Assembly: GCA_973895155.1 (NCBI GenBank)
Contig: OZ316898.1
Location: 3,720,480 to 3,784,479, forward strand
Length of the DNA: 64,000 bases
Origin: Marsupella aquatica
Lineage: Eukaryota > Plantae > Marchantiophyta
Direction of reading: 5' to 3'
Made by a program: the position numbers and the translations under genes
The notes under the pieces: generated by a model
Told to the model about the DNA's origin: nothing
Seen by the model: only the letters and a program-made list of their open reading frames with translations
Databases searched by the model: none
Shown here: positions 51,922 to 63,600 of the stretch, one piece after another
Layout: each line of letters begins with the position of its first letter
Numbering within the stretch: position 1 is the stretch's first letter

Positions 51922-53338
51922 GACTCCGCCATATTACACCGGGGCCAAGAAAAACTGTCGGGGTCTCCAAATATTAATGGGTGGTATCTCCTTAAGATGC
52001 CTAATTTTCTTCTCCCACAACGACAAGACCCAAGAGAGCAAAGGGTCAATTAAAAAAATAGTTCCTCCCGGGTTCAAATAGCTCCGGCCCTCCAGAGCAA
52101 CATGAACACACACCGAGATAATTAAGTTTTAAGAAATTAAAAAAAATTGAAAAACTCTTGTGTATATTGGCTTATTTATTTACATGCATCTTGCCAATAA
52201 CACGTAATGGTGACTTTTCGAGACGGGGACCCCGTCACAAAAGGTGCCGCGACATAAGTTTTGTGTCAACTGTGCTTGTAGACGGTGCTGGTGCAATTCA
52301 GCAATATTTCCCGTCGGTGGCGTTCACTTTACTCGTTTGAAACAGCGGTTGTGAAGGTATAGTGTTACCCGACATTTTTTGTTTTGGGTGAAAATTGCAT
52401 TTTAAAGGGTTTTGTTTTGCCCCTTGTGTGTGTGTATACACACACAAATCGGGACCCCCCATTTTACCCCGTATAAATGACCCCCCTACCCGCGAACCCT
52501 CCTGTGTATTTTTGCCGGCTACGGTTGCACAATGCCGACCCGAGCACGTAGGGCCGCCCCTGGGGCCGCCCCCGCTCTCCCCACTTACTCCCGCCACCCG
52601 TCCCCCCATGTCTGCCCTTCAGCCCTCCTCCTGGATTTTTACCCCTCCTAGTCGTTGGCAACTGCTTGCGGCGACTGCCTCACCGGCCCGACTCCTCCTG
52701 GTTGCATATGCAGCCCGCCTCGCCCGATGCGCATGTTTTAAGCCATATTTTTGTGCTAAGGGGCTTAAAACCCCCTTTAGGACCTGATTTTAATTTTTCC
52801 TCCCTCCTCCTATTGGTTGACCTTTTGCCGGGACATGCCGTCCCCAACTTTAACCACTCCAACAAGGTGAATGGCCCCCTATGAGTCTTGCTTGACTGCG
52901 CGGGAATATTCTTGGAAAATAGAGAGCGTGTTTTTGACTGTTCGTAAAAGATTTTGCCTGGAAAATGGTAACTTTCTTGGTTCGTCTTTGGGGAGTTGGT
53001 AGCCACTGAAGTTGGCAACGTGGTGCACCAATTGAATACCATTTTTGACATTAGGGTGTTGCTAGGATTTTGGTTACTTTTTGAGGTGGTCAAAATGGGG
53101 AAAAAATTTGAGTTTTACCCACCCTAACCGAAACATGAAATTTTTTTGTCAGAATTTGGTTTTGATTTTGGATTTCAGTGTTGGTTTGCTAAGCTGGTGG
53201 GCTACGTGGCGGTGATAAGTTTCAAGTTTTTTGAGAAGTTGCAAAAATTGAAATTTTTTTATAATTTTGAGTTGAGTCACCGGTACGGACGGAGGAGGAA
53301 CGTGACAAAGGGATACAAGAGGGGTTTCAGCACTCAAG

Positions 53339-56300
53339 ATGGGTTCTTTAAAGCTTGGACCAACCAAGTTTGATGTCACAAAGTGCAACGTTCATTCAGA
53401 CTATCTCTTGTGGGATAAACAAGTGAAAGGAGTGTTGAAAGCATCAAGATTGGGAAAGTTGTTGAAGAAAAAGCCAAGCGATATGCAACAACGTGCATGG
53501 GATGAGATGCAGGAGCAAGGTGTGAGTATCATTACACTCTATCTCTAGTCTCATATCATCAAGCAACTTGATGACCACTCATCATGCAACTCTTTGTTCA
53601 CGACATTGCAGCAAACATACCATCACAAAGAGCTTTCTAACCAGCTCTATGCATCATTGAAACTGATGAGTTTCAAGATAAAGGATAACAATATCAAGAT
53701 TCACGATCACATTAATGCATTCAATGATCTAGTTGCAACTTTGTCGAATCTTGGAGAAGACCTAGATGATGAGAGAAAGACACTTCATCTTTTGAGTTCT
53801 TTGAAGTCCTGCATCCTATCAGTCTCTGTCAAGAGTGTTACTTCATTGTGATAAGTCAACTATCACCTACAATGAGGTTGTAAACGCTTTGCTGACTGAT
53901 GATATACAACAGAAAATGGTCTTGTCCTCTACGCCATCAAGTTCCTCAAGAAATGCTTTGATTGTGAACCGTGGCTGGTCATGGAACAGGAATAGAGGCA
54001 AGGACAAATCTAGGTCTAGGTCTAGATCTAGGTCTCAAGAAAGACCTCAAGAAAATAAACCAATTACATGTTGGAAATGTAATAAGGTAGGCCACATGAA
54101 AAAGGATTGTTGAGTTAAGGCTAGGGGAACCCATTGTCTGCACATGTTATCATTGTTGATGATGATGTAAACATGCTTGACAATGACATTATGAAGTCAC
54201 GATATTGCCCTAAGTTGCACTTCATCACAAGAAGGTGATGATGAATGGATTTTGGATTGTGCATGATGCACTTATCATATTTCCTATATATGAGAGTTTT
54301 TCAGTTCTTACTCGGTATCAAACGGTTTGGTGTTGATGGGGAATGATCACCCGTGTCAAATTGCTGGAATTGGATCCGTGAAAATTGGGATTTTTGTTGG
54401 AGTTGTGCGAACAGTGAGAAATATCAGACACATTCCTGACATGAAAAAAAACTTGATGTCTCTTGGAATGTTGGAAGCAAATGTATATCAGTGGAGTTCT
54501 ACTGATGATGTACTTCAGATGTCATTCAGAGAAAATGTTATGTTGAACGGTAAACAACACAATAATCTCTATTTGTTGGAGGGCAACCTGATTCATGTAG
54601 AAGCCAATGTAACCAAATCTCAAGAAAAGATAACTCAATTGTGACACTGCAGATTGGGACACATGAGTGAAAAAGATTTGGCGATACTTCACAAAAAAAG
54701 ACTTCTTTCTAATTTGGAATCTTCTAAGTTAAATTTTTGTGAACATTGTGTGCTTGGGAAACAGCATACGAGAACCTTTGGTATTGAAACACACAATATC
54801 AAAAGTATACTTGAGTATGTACATAGTGATGTGTGGGATCCAGCCCCAACTCCCTCACTTTTTGGAAAATTTTACTATGTCACGTTCATTGACGACTATT
54901 CAAGGTATGTGTGGATCACATTTCTACATGCCAAGTTTGAAGTTTTCCTCACTTTTAAGAAATGGAAAGCCCAAATTGAGAATGAGACTGGATGCAAGGT
55001 GAGATATTTGCGATCAGATAATGGCGGAGAGTATGGTTCAAGTGAATTTAAATTGTATTGTGTAGAGTAGGGGATTACTCATCATCTCATGACAATTTAT
55101 ACTCCTCAAAAATATGGTGTTTCTGAGAGGCTCAATCAAACACTATTGGAGAGATCAAGGAGTATGTTGAGCCAATCAGGTTTACCACATGAATTTTGGG
55201 CTAAAGCTATAAATACGACAACTTATTTGGTAAATCTTTCTCCTTCAAGTGCAATCAATTTCAAGACGCCATTTGAAATGAGGTATGGATGGCAAGCAGG
55301 CTATTAGGTTTTTAGAGTCTTTGAAAGTGATGCATATGCTCTCACACCTAAGCAAAATTGATCTAAACTAGATCCAACTTCCAAGAAGTATCTTTTTCTT
55401 GGTTATCAACCGGGTGTGAAAGGGTACAGGCTATGGGATCCAAAAGCTTGTACGTTGTTTGTCAATAGAGATGTATCCTTTAAAGAATCCAGATCATCAA
55501 AGGAGGGGGAGAATGCTCAGGCTTCCCGTACTGACAAAGGTAAATCTCCTATCCCGGACCATGTTGAGGAGAAGATTGGTCATGAGAATTTTCATGACAT
55601 AATTGAAGGAGGTGCTCCGATAATGGAGTTGGTTCCGGTGATGGAACAAGAAGAGCAGGTTATTGTTGAACTCGGGGGCCTCAATCCAAGGGGTGTCTCA
55701 TATCATGCTCGAAGTTTTGGGAGAATAAACACCCTAAAAGTTAAGTCAATAAAGTTTTTCTTAGGAATTTTTTACCCCTAACTTAATAGAATATTCCAAG
55801 AATATTCTCATATTTGATTTTAAAAACACCCTATGATTCTTATAATTCTCAAAATTGGATTAAAATAACCCTTAGAATGTTCTTCAACAAAAATTTAAAA
55901 GTATTTTGCTAAACCCAATAAAAAACCCTATACTTATTCGCGTGTGATGGGTCGATAGAAAAGAAGTGAGGACCCCGGGTTGTTGAAATACCTCAAATTC
56001 TACCAGCAGAGCAAGATCAGCCAAAACCATCAGCTAGAAAAATGAGACGTACTACTCAAGCTCCTACAAGGTATGGATAATAGATAGATTCATCTAGGTT
56101 AGATGATGTTGACATTGTACTTGAAGATGATGATAGGGCACTGATTTTGGAAGAAGGAGACCCTTCTTCATATCATGAGGCGTGCATTTCAGACGAGAAA
56201 GACAAATGGAATGCAGCAATGCAGAGGAAGTTGCAATCTTTAAATGATAACAAAGCATGGGAGCTAGTGCAACTGCCAAATGATCAACAAGTGGTGGACA

Positions 56301-57588
56301 ACAAGTGGATTCACAAGCTGAAGAATAACTCTTCAGATGGAGGAGACAATATATACAAGGCAAGGCTTGTTGTCAAGGGATTCACTCAGAAGAAGAGAGT
56401 GGATTACAATGAGGTCTTCTCACTAGTTGCCAAGTATTCCACGATACAAATTTTGTGTCAACTTGTTGTGTTTTTTGATTTGGTGTTAGATCAAATGAAT
56501 GTTGTTACTACTTTTCTCTATGGCAGTTTGGAGGAATAAATTTTCATGAGGCAACCACTGGCTTTGTGAATAAGGGCCAAGAAAGTTTTGTTTGCAAGTT
56601 GCTTAAGTCCCTGTATGGATTGTCAAAGAAAACTCCTCGGTAGTGGAACAAGCGGTATGATGATTTCATGCTTGCACAAGGATTCACTAGGATGGCGTAT
56701 GACCCTTGTGTGTATACAAAATCAGTCAAGAATGGTGTATGTGTTTGGTTTACTCATTCTGGTGCTCTATGTGGATGACATGTTGATTATGGCCAATGAT
56801 CAATCTGAGGTTGACAAACTCAAAGCAAAATTGAGTTTTGAATTCTGGATGAAAGATCTTGGAAAAGTCAAAAGGATCTTAAGTATGGAGATTACGAGGA
56901 ACTTTGAGACTCAATAGTTGTGGCTGAATCAAGGCAAGTATGCTAAAAAGGTACTTGCAAGATTTAACATGGAGAATTGTAAGCCAATAAGTATTCATTT
57001 GGCTCCACATTTTAAGTTATTATCGGTTGTCTGCCCCCTCCCCCCGCGGATCCTGTGGAGAGAGGTTTGACAAATAAGGTTCCTTCTGAGAAGGCAATGG
57101 ATAGTCTAATGAATTTGATGATGTATATCAGACCTGATCTAGCCCTAGCAATGGGCAAAGTAAGTAGATTCATGTCAAATCCAAGGAAGGTACACTAGAA
57201 GGTTGTGAAATGGATTCTCAAGTATCTTAAGGGCACAATAGACTATGGTTTGTTGTTTGAAAGTAGATCAAACAAAACCAAATCTTTGGTTGGCTATATA
57301 GATTTTGACTATGGAGGGTGCCTGAAAACAAGGAGGTCAACGACTGGGTATGTGTTTACTCTTGGAGGAGGATGCATAAGTTGGAGGTCTACCTTGCATA
57401 AGTGTGTATTTCAGTCAACTACAAAAGCAGAGTATGTTGCAACAGCAGACGCAGAGTATGTTATTGCAACAAAAGCAACAAAGGAAATAATTTGGTGAGA
57501 TAAACTGGTAAGTAAGATGGGATTTGAGCATGGAAAAATGGCAAAGTAGTACTTTGCAAGTTTTGCATTTGCAGCACTAGGAGAGTAA
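53339..57588 (+). pseudogene. copia gag-pol, heavily disrupted, RNase H partly deleted
   Basis: CWKCNKVGHMKKDC, HSDVWDP, LRSDNGGEY, YKARLVVKGF, LYVDDM, RRSTTGYVF. Many stops and frameshifts. The HCDSQSAI..KHIDVRYH segment present in element 1 is missing. Confidence 0.93.
55671..55979. mobile_element. MITE family A, 309 bp, perfect 8-bp TSD
   Basis: TIR CTCGGGGGCCTCA / TGAGGACCCCGGG. TSD TTGTTGAA at 55663-55670 and 55980-55987. It interrupts the copia INT-RT linker. Confidence 0.92.
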
Positions 57589-57731
57589 CTTAACAATATG
57601 TAATTTATGTATATGGGTTACTCAATCCTATTATGGCTATGACTTAATTCTAGTTAACCATTAGTTAACTTTAAATGGTTTTTAGGGGGACACCTATGGT
57701 TTTAGGTGATTGTCTAGACTTTCCCGCTGAG

Positions 57732-58998
57732 AACACGGTGACGGACCAAACGAGAAGTGTGACGCCTAATGGATAAGGGTGTTTTCAATTTCGATCGATT
57801 TTCGCCAATTTTCACAATGTGCGCGACACATTTCTCACAAAATCAATGATTTTTGCAAAACCGACTAATTCGTATCGTTCCCAACTTCGCGAGGAATGAT
57901 GGCTTCATCCCAAATTGTGAATTTCAATATCCTCACTAACTTCAAATATTTTCATTGCGACAATAGAACCCATAAATATTTCCATTTTGGTTAGATTTTG
58001 AAAATAGAACTTTTGGTTACAAGGAAAATAGATCAAGAAAACAAAACTATTCCGATACCGGTATCGCTCCTCGAATTCCATTCAAATTTGTTTGCCGTTT
58101 CTTTCATAAAATGAAGGTTTTTGAAATATTTACCACATTCTAATATTTTTTTACATCAAATTTCACCACACAGTCAGCTGAAGTTACCTCGCAGTTCACC
58201 ACGTAGTTTGCAAAATTCCATTGTCAACGTTGAAACAAGAATACAAATGGCAATGTCCATTTGTAATTGTTCCCGACTCATTTCTTAGTCCTTCCTCTAG
58301 CAAACCGGTGTCACTCTTCCTCCCGGTTCACCCGTAATCCTCACTCAAATACAGTCCGCAATACTGGTATCGCTCTTCCTCCTTGACCACCTATAAACAC
58401 CACTCCAATACAGACCGCGATACTGGTATCGCTCTTCCTCCTTGACCACCTGTAAACACCACTCCAATACAGACCGCGATACCGGTATCTCTCTTCCTCC
58501 TTGACCACCTCTAAACACCACTCCAATACAGACCATGATACCGGTATCTCTCTTCCTCCTTGACCACCTGTAAACACCACTCCAATACAGACCACGATAC
58601 CGGTATCTCTCTTCCTCCTTGACCACCTGTAAACATCACTCCAATACAGACCGCGATACCGGTATAGCTTTTTCTCCCGACAACCTTGAATGCCAATCCA
58701 ATAAACATAACAATACCGGTATTTGTCACCCTCCAGGATCACATTAACCGTGGGTTAAGTTTTGTAGTCAACCGCGCAGTTTATGCAGTTTACCGTCTCA
58801 AGTGGATTTTTTAAAACTATTTGGTTGCGCAATGCGAAGTGTGATCCGCGTATCGCTCTTCAGTTTCAAGACTCCAAAACAAACAATATTCTCACTCATG
58901 GGCATTTCATATCAGAGATTTCTTTACTTAGCCACGATTTTGTGATCGGGCAAAACGAGAAGGGTGGTCACACTTCTCGTTTGGTCCATCACTGTGTT
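57732..58998. mobile_element. Non-autonomous TIR element, 1267 bp, 32-bp TIRs, 4-bp TSD, superfamily unclear
   Basis: Left end AACACGGTGACGGACCAAACGAGAAGTGTGAC versus reverse complement of the right end AACACAGTGATGGACCAAACGAGAAGTGTGAC (30/32). TGAG at 57728-57731 and 58999-59002. Confidence 0.88.
58342..58725. repeat. 59-bp minisatellite, about 6 copies, inside the TIR element
   Basis: Unit CACTCCAATACAGACCGCGATACCGGTATCTCTCTTCCTCCTTGACCACCTGTAAACAC. The register shifts 1 nt per 60-nt line, which gives a 59-bp period. Confidence 0.95.
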
Positions 58999-59057
58999 TG
59001 AGTATGTCATATGATAGCAGAAATTGCATTCCCCAAGACTAGAGTCAAGGGGGAGTT

Positions 59058-59405
59058 TGTTAAGGACTGCTCTTAGTCTTGTGACTCATAGGTTATGGTG
59101 TTTAGGCTAACCATACTTAGGGATTTAGCTGAGGTTAGGTTAGTCATGTATGACCTTTGGGATGACCTTGCATATACCATGGCTAGTGTAAGTCGCTAGT
59201 ACGTGATGCTTGCTCATTGTAACGAAGCAACTTGAGGAATATAGAGAGCTTGTGTGTTCGACAACTCTTGAAGTAAAGTTGTTGAATGTGTTTGTGTGGA
59301 CGTAGCCTTGGAGAAGAGGTGAACCACATATGGATTGTGTCGACTGCGTGAGCATGGTATGAGTCATGATTGTATCGTCATGAAGGAGGGCGTCATAGTT
59401 CAACA
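59058..59405 (+). repeat. 3' LTR of copia element 2
   Basis: TGTT...CAACA termini, preceded by the PPT. Confidence 0.92.
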
Positions 59406-59428
59406 CCATTATCAGCAAATTGTTCACA

Positions 59429-59701
59429 CTCGGGGGTCTCACTATATGTAGGCCTCTCCATCACCTGTGACGTTTTTAGGACTTTGATCCCCTCAAATGT
59501 AAAATAAAATAAAATTTCAACCCATATAAAGTTGGAAATTTGATTAAAAGGACCCCAATAGTCTTATAAGTCTCAAAATTAGATTTAAAAGACCCTATTG
59601 TTCTTCTCAAAAAATTCTTAAGTCTTCTTTTGAAACCAAGAAAATGATGATATCCTTTGTTGCACGTGATGTGTCATTTTTGTGGAAGAGAAATCCCAAA
59701 G
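59429..59701. mobile_element. MITE family A relative, 273 bp, perfect 8-bp TSD
   Basis: Starts CTCGGGGGTCTCACT. TSD TGTTCACA at 59421-59428 and 59702-59709. Internal CTTATAAGTCTCAAAATT..AAAAGACCCTA motif shared with the other copies. Confidence 0.8.
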
Positions 59702-60297
59702 TGTTCACATTGGATTGAAAAATGTATCATTAGCATTCAATGGTTTTGTGAAGGGTTTTTAAAGTTGCTTCTAATTTATTTTAATATGGTGTATCAAGTG
59801 GTTAAATCAACAATTTCTGGCCTAGACGGTACTAAATATAGTGAACATTGCAATAGATTTCAGCATTAGTGTTTAGGGTACTGGAGGCAACATGAAAGAC
59901 TTCTCATTCAAGTGGCAATGATAACAAAAATGTGTGAAAGGCAGTCGTATGGGAGTATGGATTGGATCACTTTTCAAGCTTTGCAATGACTTGCGCAGAA
60001 TGGATTGACGTTTGAAAAGATCTTGTTGTGCGGCATTTTGGGGGGTAGATGATTTGATGGAGACTTAATAACATTGTTGGAGCAATAGAAGAGCATGGTG
60101 ATTTGAGCAGGTCGTCCTAAGATCTTATGAGCTGAAATTTCCAGCAATTTAGCTTATCTGCCATCATTATTTCAAATAGTAGCGTTGGTTTTAAGATTCC
60201 TTTCAAGATGTGGTATAATAAGCAAGTTGAATAAAAAAAAGTTGCTTGTGTATGGATGAGAGGCATATGCATATTGTCTCTTGTGTCATGGACTAAA

Positions 60298-60604
60298 CTT
60301 GGGGGTCTCACTCCAAGGATGGGGTCCCAAATCACTTGCAAAGTTTTGGGGGAATAAACACCCTAAAACTTAAGTAAATGAAGTTGTTCAAAGGGGTTCT
60401 TCCCTGAAATGTTTGAATGTTCTTGGAATATGCTCATATATATTTGGCTTAAAAATATCCTATGATTCTTATAACTCTCAAAAATATATTAAAACACCCC
60501 TAATGTTCTTCCACAAATTTAAAAGTGTTTTACTAAACCCAATAAAAAACTCCTATACTTATTTGCGCGTGATAAGTCGGAAGAACAAAAGTGAGGACTT
60601 TGGG
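60298..60604. mobile_element. MITE family A, 307 bp
   Basis: CTTGGGGGTCTCACT...AGTGAGGACTTTGGG. TSD GGACTAAA/GGACTAAG (7/8). Collinear with 55671-55979. Confidence 0.88.
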
Positions 60605-63600
60605 GGACTAAGTTGACCCAAAGTTTGCAAATTGTTTGTTTCTTGGATACCAAAAGACAGTGAACTAAGGGTATTGCTTTTGGGACCCAGCCGCGCAAAA
60701 GCTAGTAGGGAAATTTATATCTTACCTTTAATGAAGGACCACCATTGTATGAAAGGAAGAAAATTGTAGAAACTCTTAGAGCTTGCACGATTTAAGGGGA
60801 GCTTAAAGTCAACATGAATATGCTTTTGTATCAACATTTGTGCCAATAGTACTAGCAAATCCAATTTCAAAAGTATATGCAAGGGAACAAGCTACTATTG
60901 ATGTAGCCAAGTCATGTAGAAGGTAATGTTCATTGGGTCTTGGGGGGGGGGGGGTCACTTCCACAGAAGTGCCACATCAGGTGCAATGAAGTATAGGGTT
61001 ATTCAAATGATCTTGAAAGAAGATTTTCAATATTTTGTGGAAGAACAATAGGGTCCGTTCAATTTTTGGGTCCGCTTTGAAGAACAATAGGCCCTCATTA
61101 AATGGACCATATTCCAAGGTTTTTTGTAAGAAAGTTAAGGTTCTTTGTATCATGTACATGCATAGGACACATGACATGTTCTAATTGGTCTACACATGCA
61201 ATATTCTTTGTGAATACACATGTATCTATTGCATGTGTATTCACAAAGAATGGTAGTTTTGATTTTTATCTAGAAAATAGCCAAAAGTATGCATGGGTGT
61301 AGAGATTGGGCATTAATTTGTATTTAGGCGCTAAGCAATTTTATGGGGACTATTGCTCTTGCTGTTATTGGAGGGCTAGAGAAATGCTATGGAAGGTGTA
61401 ACCTAAGGAGGCCATTGGGACTTTGGTAGGAATTGAGGATTAGGGTAGGTTAGGGTAGAGTTTTTGTCATTTAGGCTTAGGGTTCAAACCAAGGACTTAA
61501 GGGGCAATCAACCTGTCACCCAATTCCAAGGTTCAGTTTGAACACTTTGGAGCTTTAGGTAGAGGTCTAAAGTTAGAGTTTCATGCGGCCATAACAAAAT
61601 TGTGTAAGTAAAATGTTGACTAGAAGGACTATAGCTAGACGTTGGAGTGCATTTTGGAGGTCTTAGAGACCATTTGTTTGTCATGGACATCCACTACTAT
61701 CCTTTTTGCTAACATCTGTTTAAATGCCCTTTTTGTCCGGCTCAAGAGTATAATTGTTTCAAATCTGGATGTGTGAGAAGACAAGTAAGACAGTAAAACT
61801 AGGATAAGAAGCTTGGGGAAGAAGGAAGTGCAAAGCTCAAGTTTTGATATTTGAGAGGTTTGTGTGTCTTGTATTGTTTTGTATTATTTTCAGTATTATT
61901 TATAATTGCAAGTAAAGGTATTGCTAGTTGATTTGAAGAACTACTAGGATGTAGTTTATTTTTGTTTTATTCTATCATTATCATAGAACTGTGAAATCCC
62001 TTGCTAAGCCCAATGCTAAGATGTTCAATGCGGGATTCAGTGCCCTACTCGCATTGGGAGGACCCTTATTTTGCATTCAAATAACCAATCATGAACATCA
62101 CCTATGCTTCTTCTCTAAGGGCATGAGTTCAAGCAAATGAGTCTTGACCTAACTTTTGTATTTGGGGAAAATTTGAAGTCTAACTATATAATCACAAGTG
62201 AAAGCTACTCTTCAGGGCCGATTATCTAGAGTGCGATCTGTAGACCTTGACTCTTGGGGCTTATTAATATTGGTTGTGAGACGAAATAAGGATTCAGTTT
62301 CTCGTACAATAAATCACTATATAATACTCAATCCTACCTACTTCTGGGCATCATCAGCTTATAAAAGCATATTTGGGTGGGAATCAATCAATCTCAGCCA
62401 TTTGATATAAATTAAGACCATTTTCCCTTACATTTGGATCAGATCCTAAATTGGCCTTCCCATTTGCCTATTGCCTATTGCCTACAGCCTCCCTCCCAGG
62501 ACTCTATGGCAGCCCTTGCCCATGCTACCATGCCCAGCCTGGCCCACATTGGCTACATGCACCTAAGCTCCCCTCCCTTTTCCCATATATTTTGATTATT
62601 ATTTTTATTTTATTGACATCTTCTTCTCTTTTAAAAGAACTAAGGACAAGTGGCCCAATTACTTTCAAGGCAACAAAAGGGAACCCAGTATTCTTTTTCT
62701 TTTTTAGAGGGCAATGAAGGCGTTTCTGTTTTCTTGGGGGTAGGTTTTCTTCTAATGACCGGGAATTGTTTAATTTCATCCTAGAAAGATAGGGTGTCAG
62801 GGTTGGTTATTGTTTATTCACCTTGGCCTTCCCACCTTGCTTTGTTTTGGAGGGTGGGGGATGTTGTATTTATTTTCTTTCAATTGAGTATGGGTGTCAT
62901 GCCGAGGGACAGTGCCTCTTATGCACATCGGCATGTCCCTCGCATGCCCGCTAGGTATGTAGTTAGGGCTAGTGTACAACCTGAGTTAGCGACATGTTCT
63001 TATAGCAAATGCCAGGCGTTCTTGAAGCAAACGCGCTTGTTAGTGTGATGCCAGGACTTTGTTTACTTAGGGCATGTCTTTCTTTGTGGGTTTTCAGTTC
63101 TTCTTGAATCGCTGTCGACAGAGCTCAGACAGTGCTTGTCGGTTCCGCACACGGGATTCACAGAGTGATTCGTTAGATGCTCCCGGCCGATCTTGGCATC
63201 CCGCCGGTTTTCGATTCGATTTCAGTACACTTGTTTCTATCACGCCTTTTATTCAAGAAGAACTGCTGAGATAGCGGTGAGGAGAAGAAGATTGCTCGTG
63301 ACGATTTTGACAATTTCTGGTGAAGCCATTGCAATTTCTTCGACGGAAATCGGAGGGACGAGTTGAAATTATGGGTTCAATATGGTGTTATGTGTATACT
63401 TAACATAAGTATACACATAACGCTCCTGTTGGAGCCCGACTTTTGCTTTCCGGTTGCATCTGGGGACCCTTTGCTGCTTTCGACTATGGCTGCCGGTTGC
63501 TGACTGCCACAACCTTTTTCGGGCCATATTCGGTGTTTTCCGGTCGCAGCGCGACCACCTTCCCTTTGCCTTACATTTTCACGACCCTTTGGGGTCCCGT

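Larger units (their letters stand above)
48276..52239 (-). mobile_element. ~4 kb TG..CA-bounded insertion (gypsy-type LTR or LTR-derived unit) in the copia-2 leader
   Basis: Inverted termini TGTTACGGGGTC / GACCCCGTCACA (11/12 match). It separates the copia PBS from gag. No gag/pol inside and no TSD seen. Confidence 0.55.
47282..59405 (+). mobile_element. Older Ty1/copia element (related to element 1) with three nested insertions
   Basis: LTRs at 47282-47625 and 59058-59405. PBS TGGTATCAAAGC at 47628. PPT AGTCAAGGGGGAGTT before 59058. Flanks GCGTT/CCATT match only 3/5. Confidence 0.9.

Noticed and set aside
51504-52081. Several overlapping Pro/Arg/Ala-rich ORFs
   Set aside because: They arise from a stop-poor, GC-rich 158-bp duplication.
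58341-58742. Repetitive ORFs (YRGLYWSGVYRWSRRK...) and a CRISPR-like appearance
   Set aside because: These are translations of a 59-bp minisatellite whose period is not a multiple of 3. The units are contiguous with no unique spacers, there are no cas genes, and the context is eukaryotic.
61440-61490. Telomere-like TTAGGG units
   Set aside because: Only two or three scattered degenerate units, not an array.
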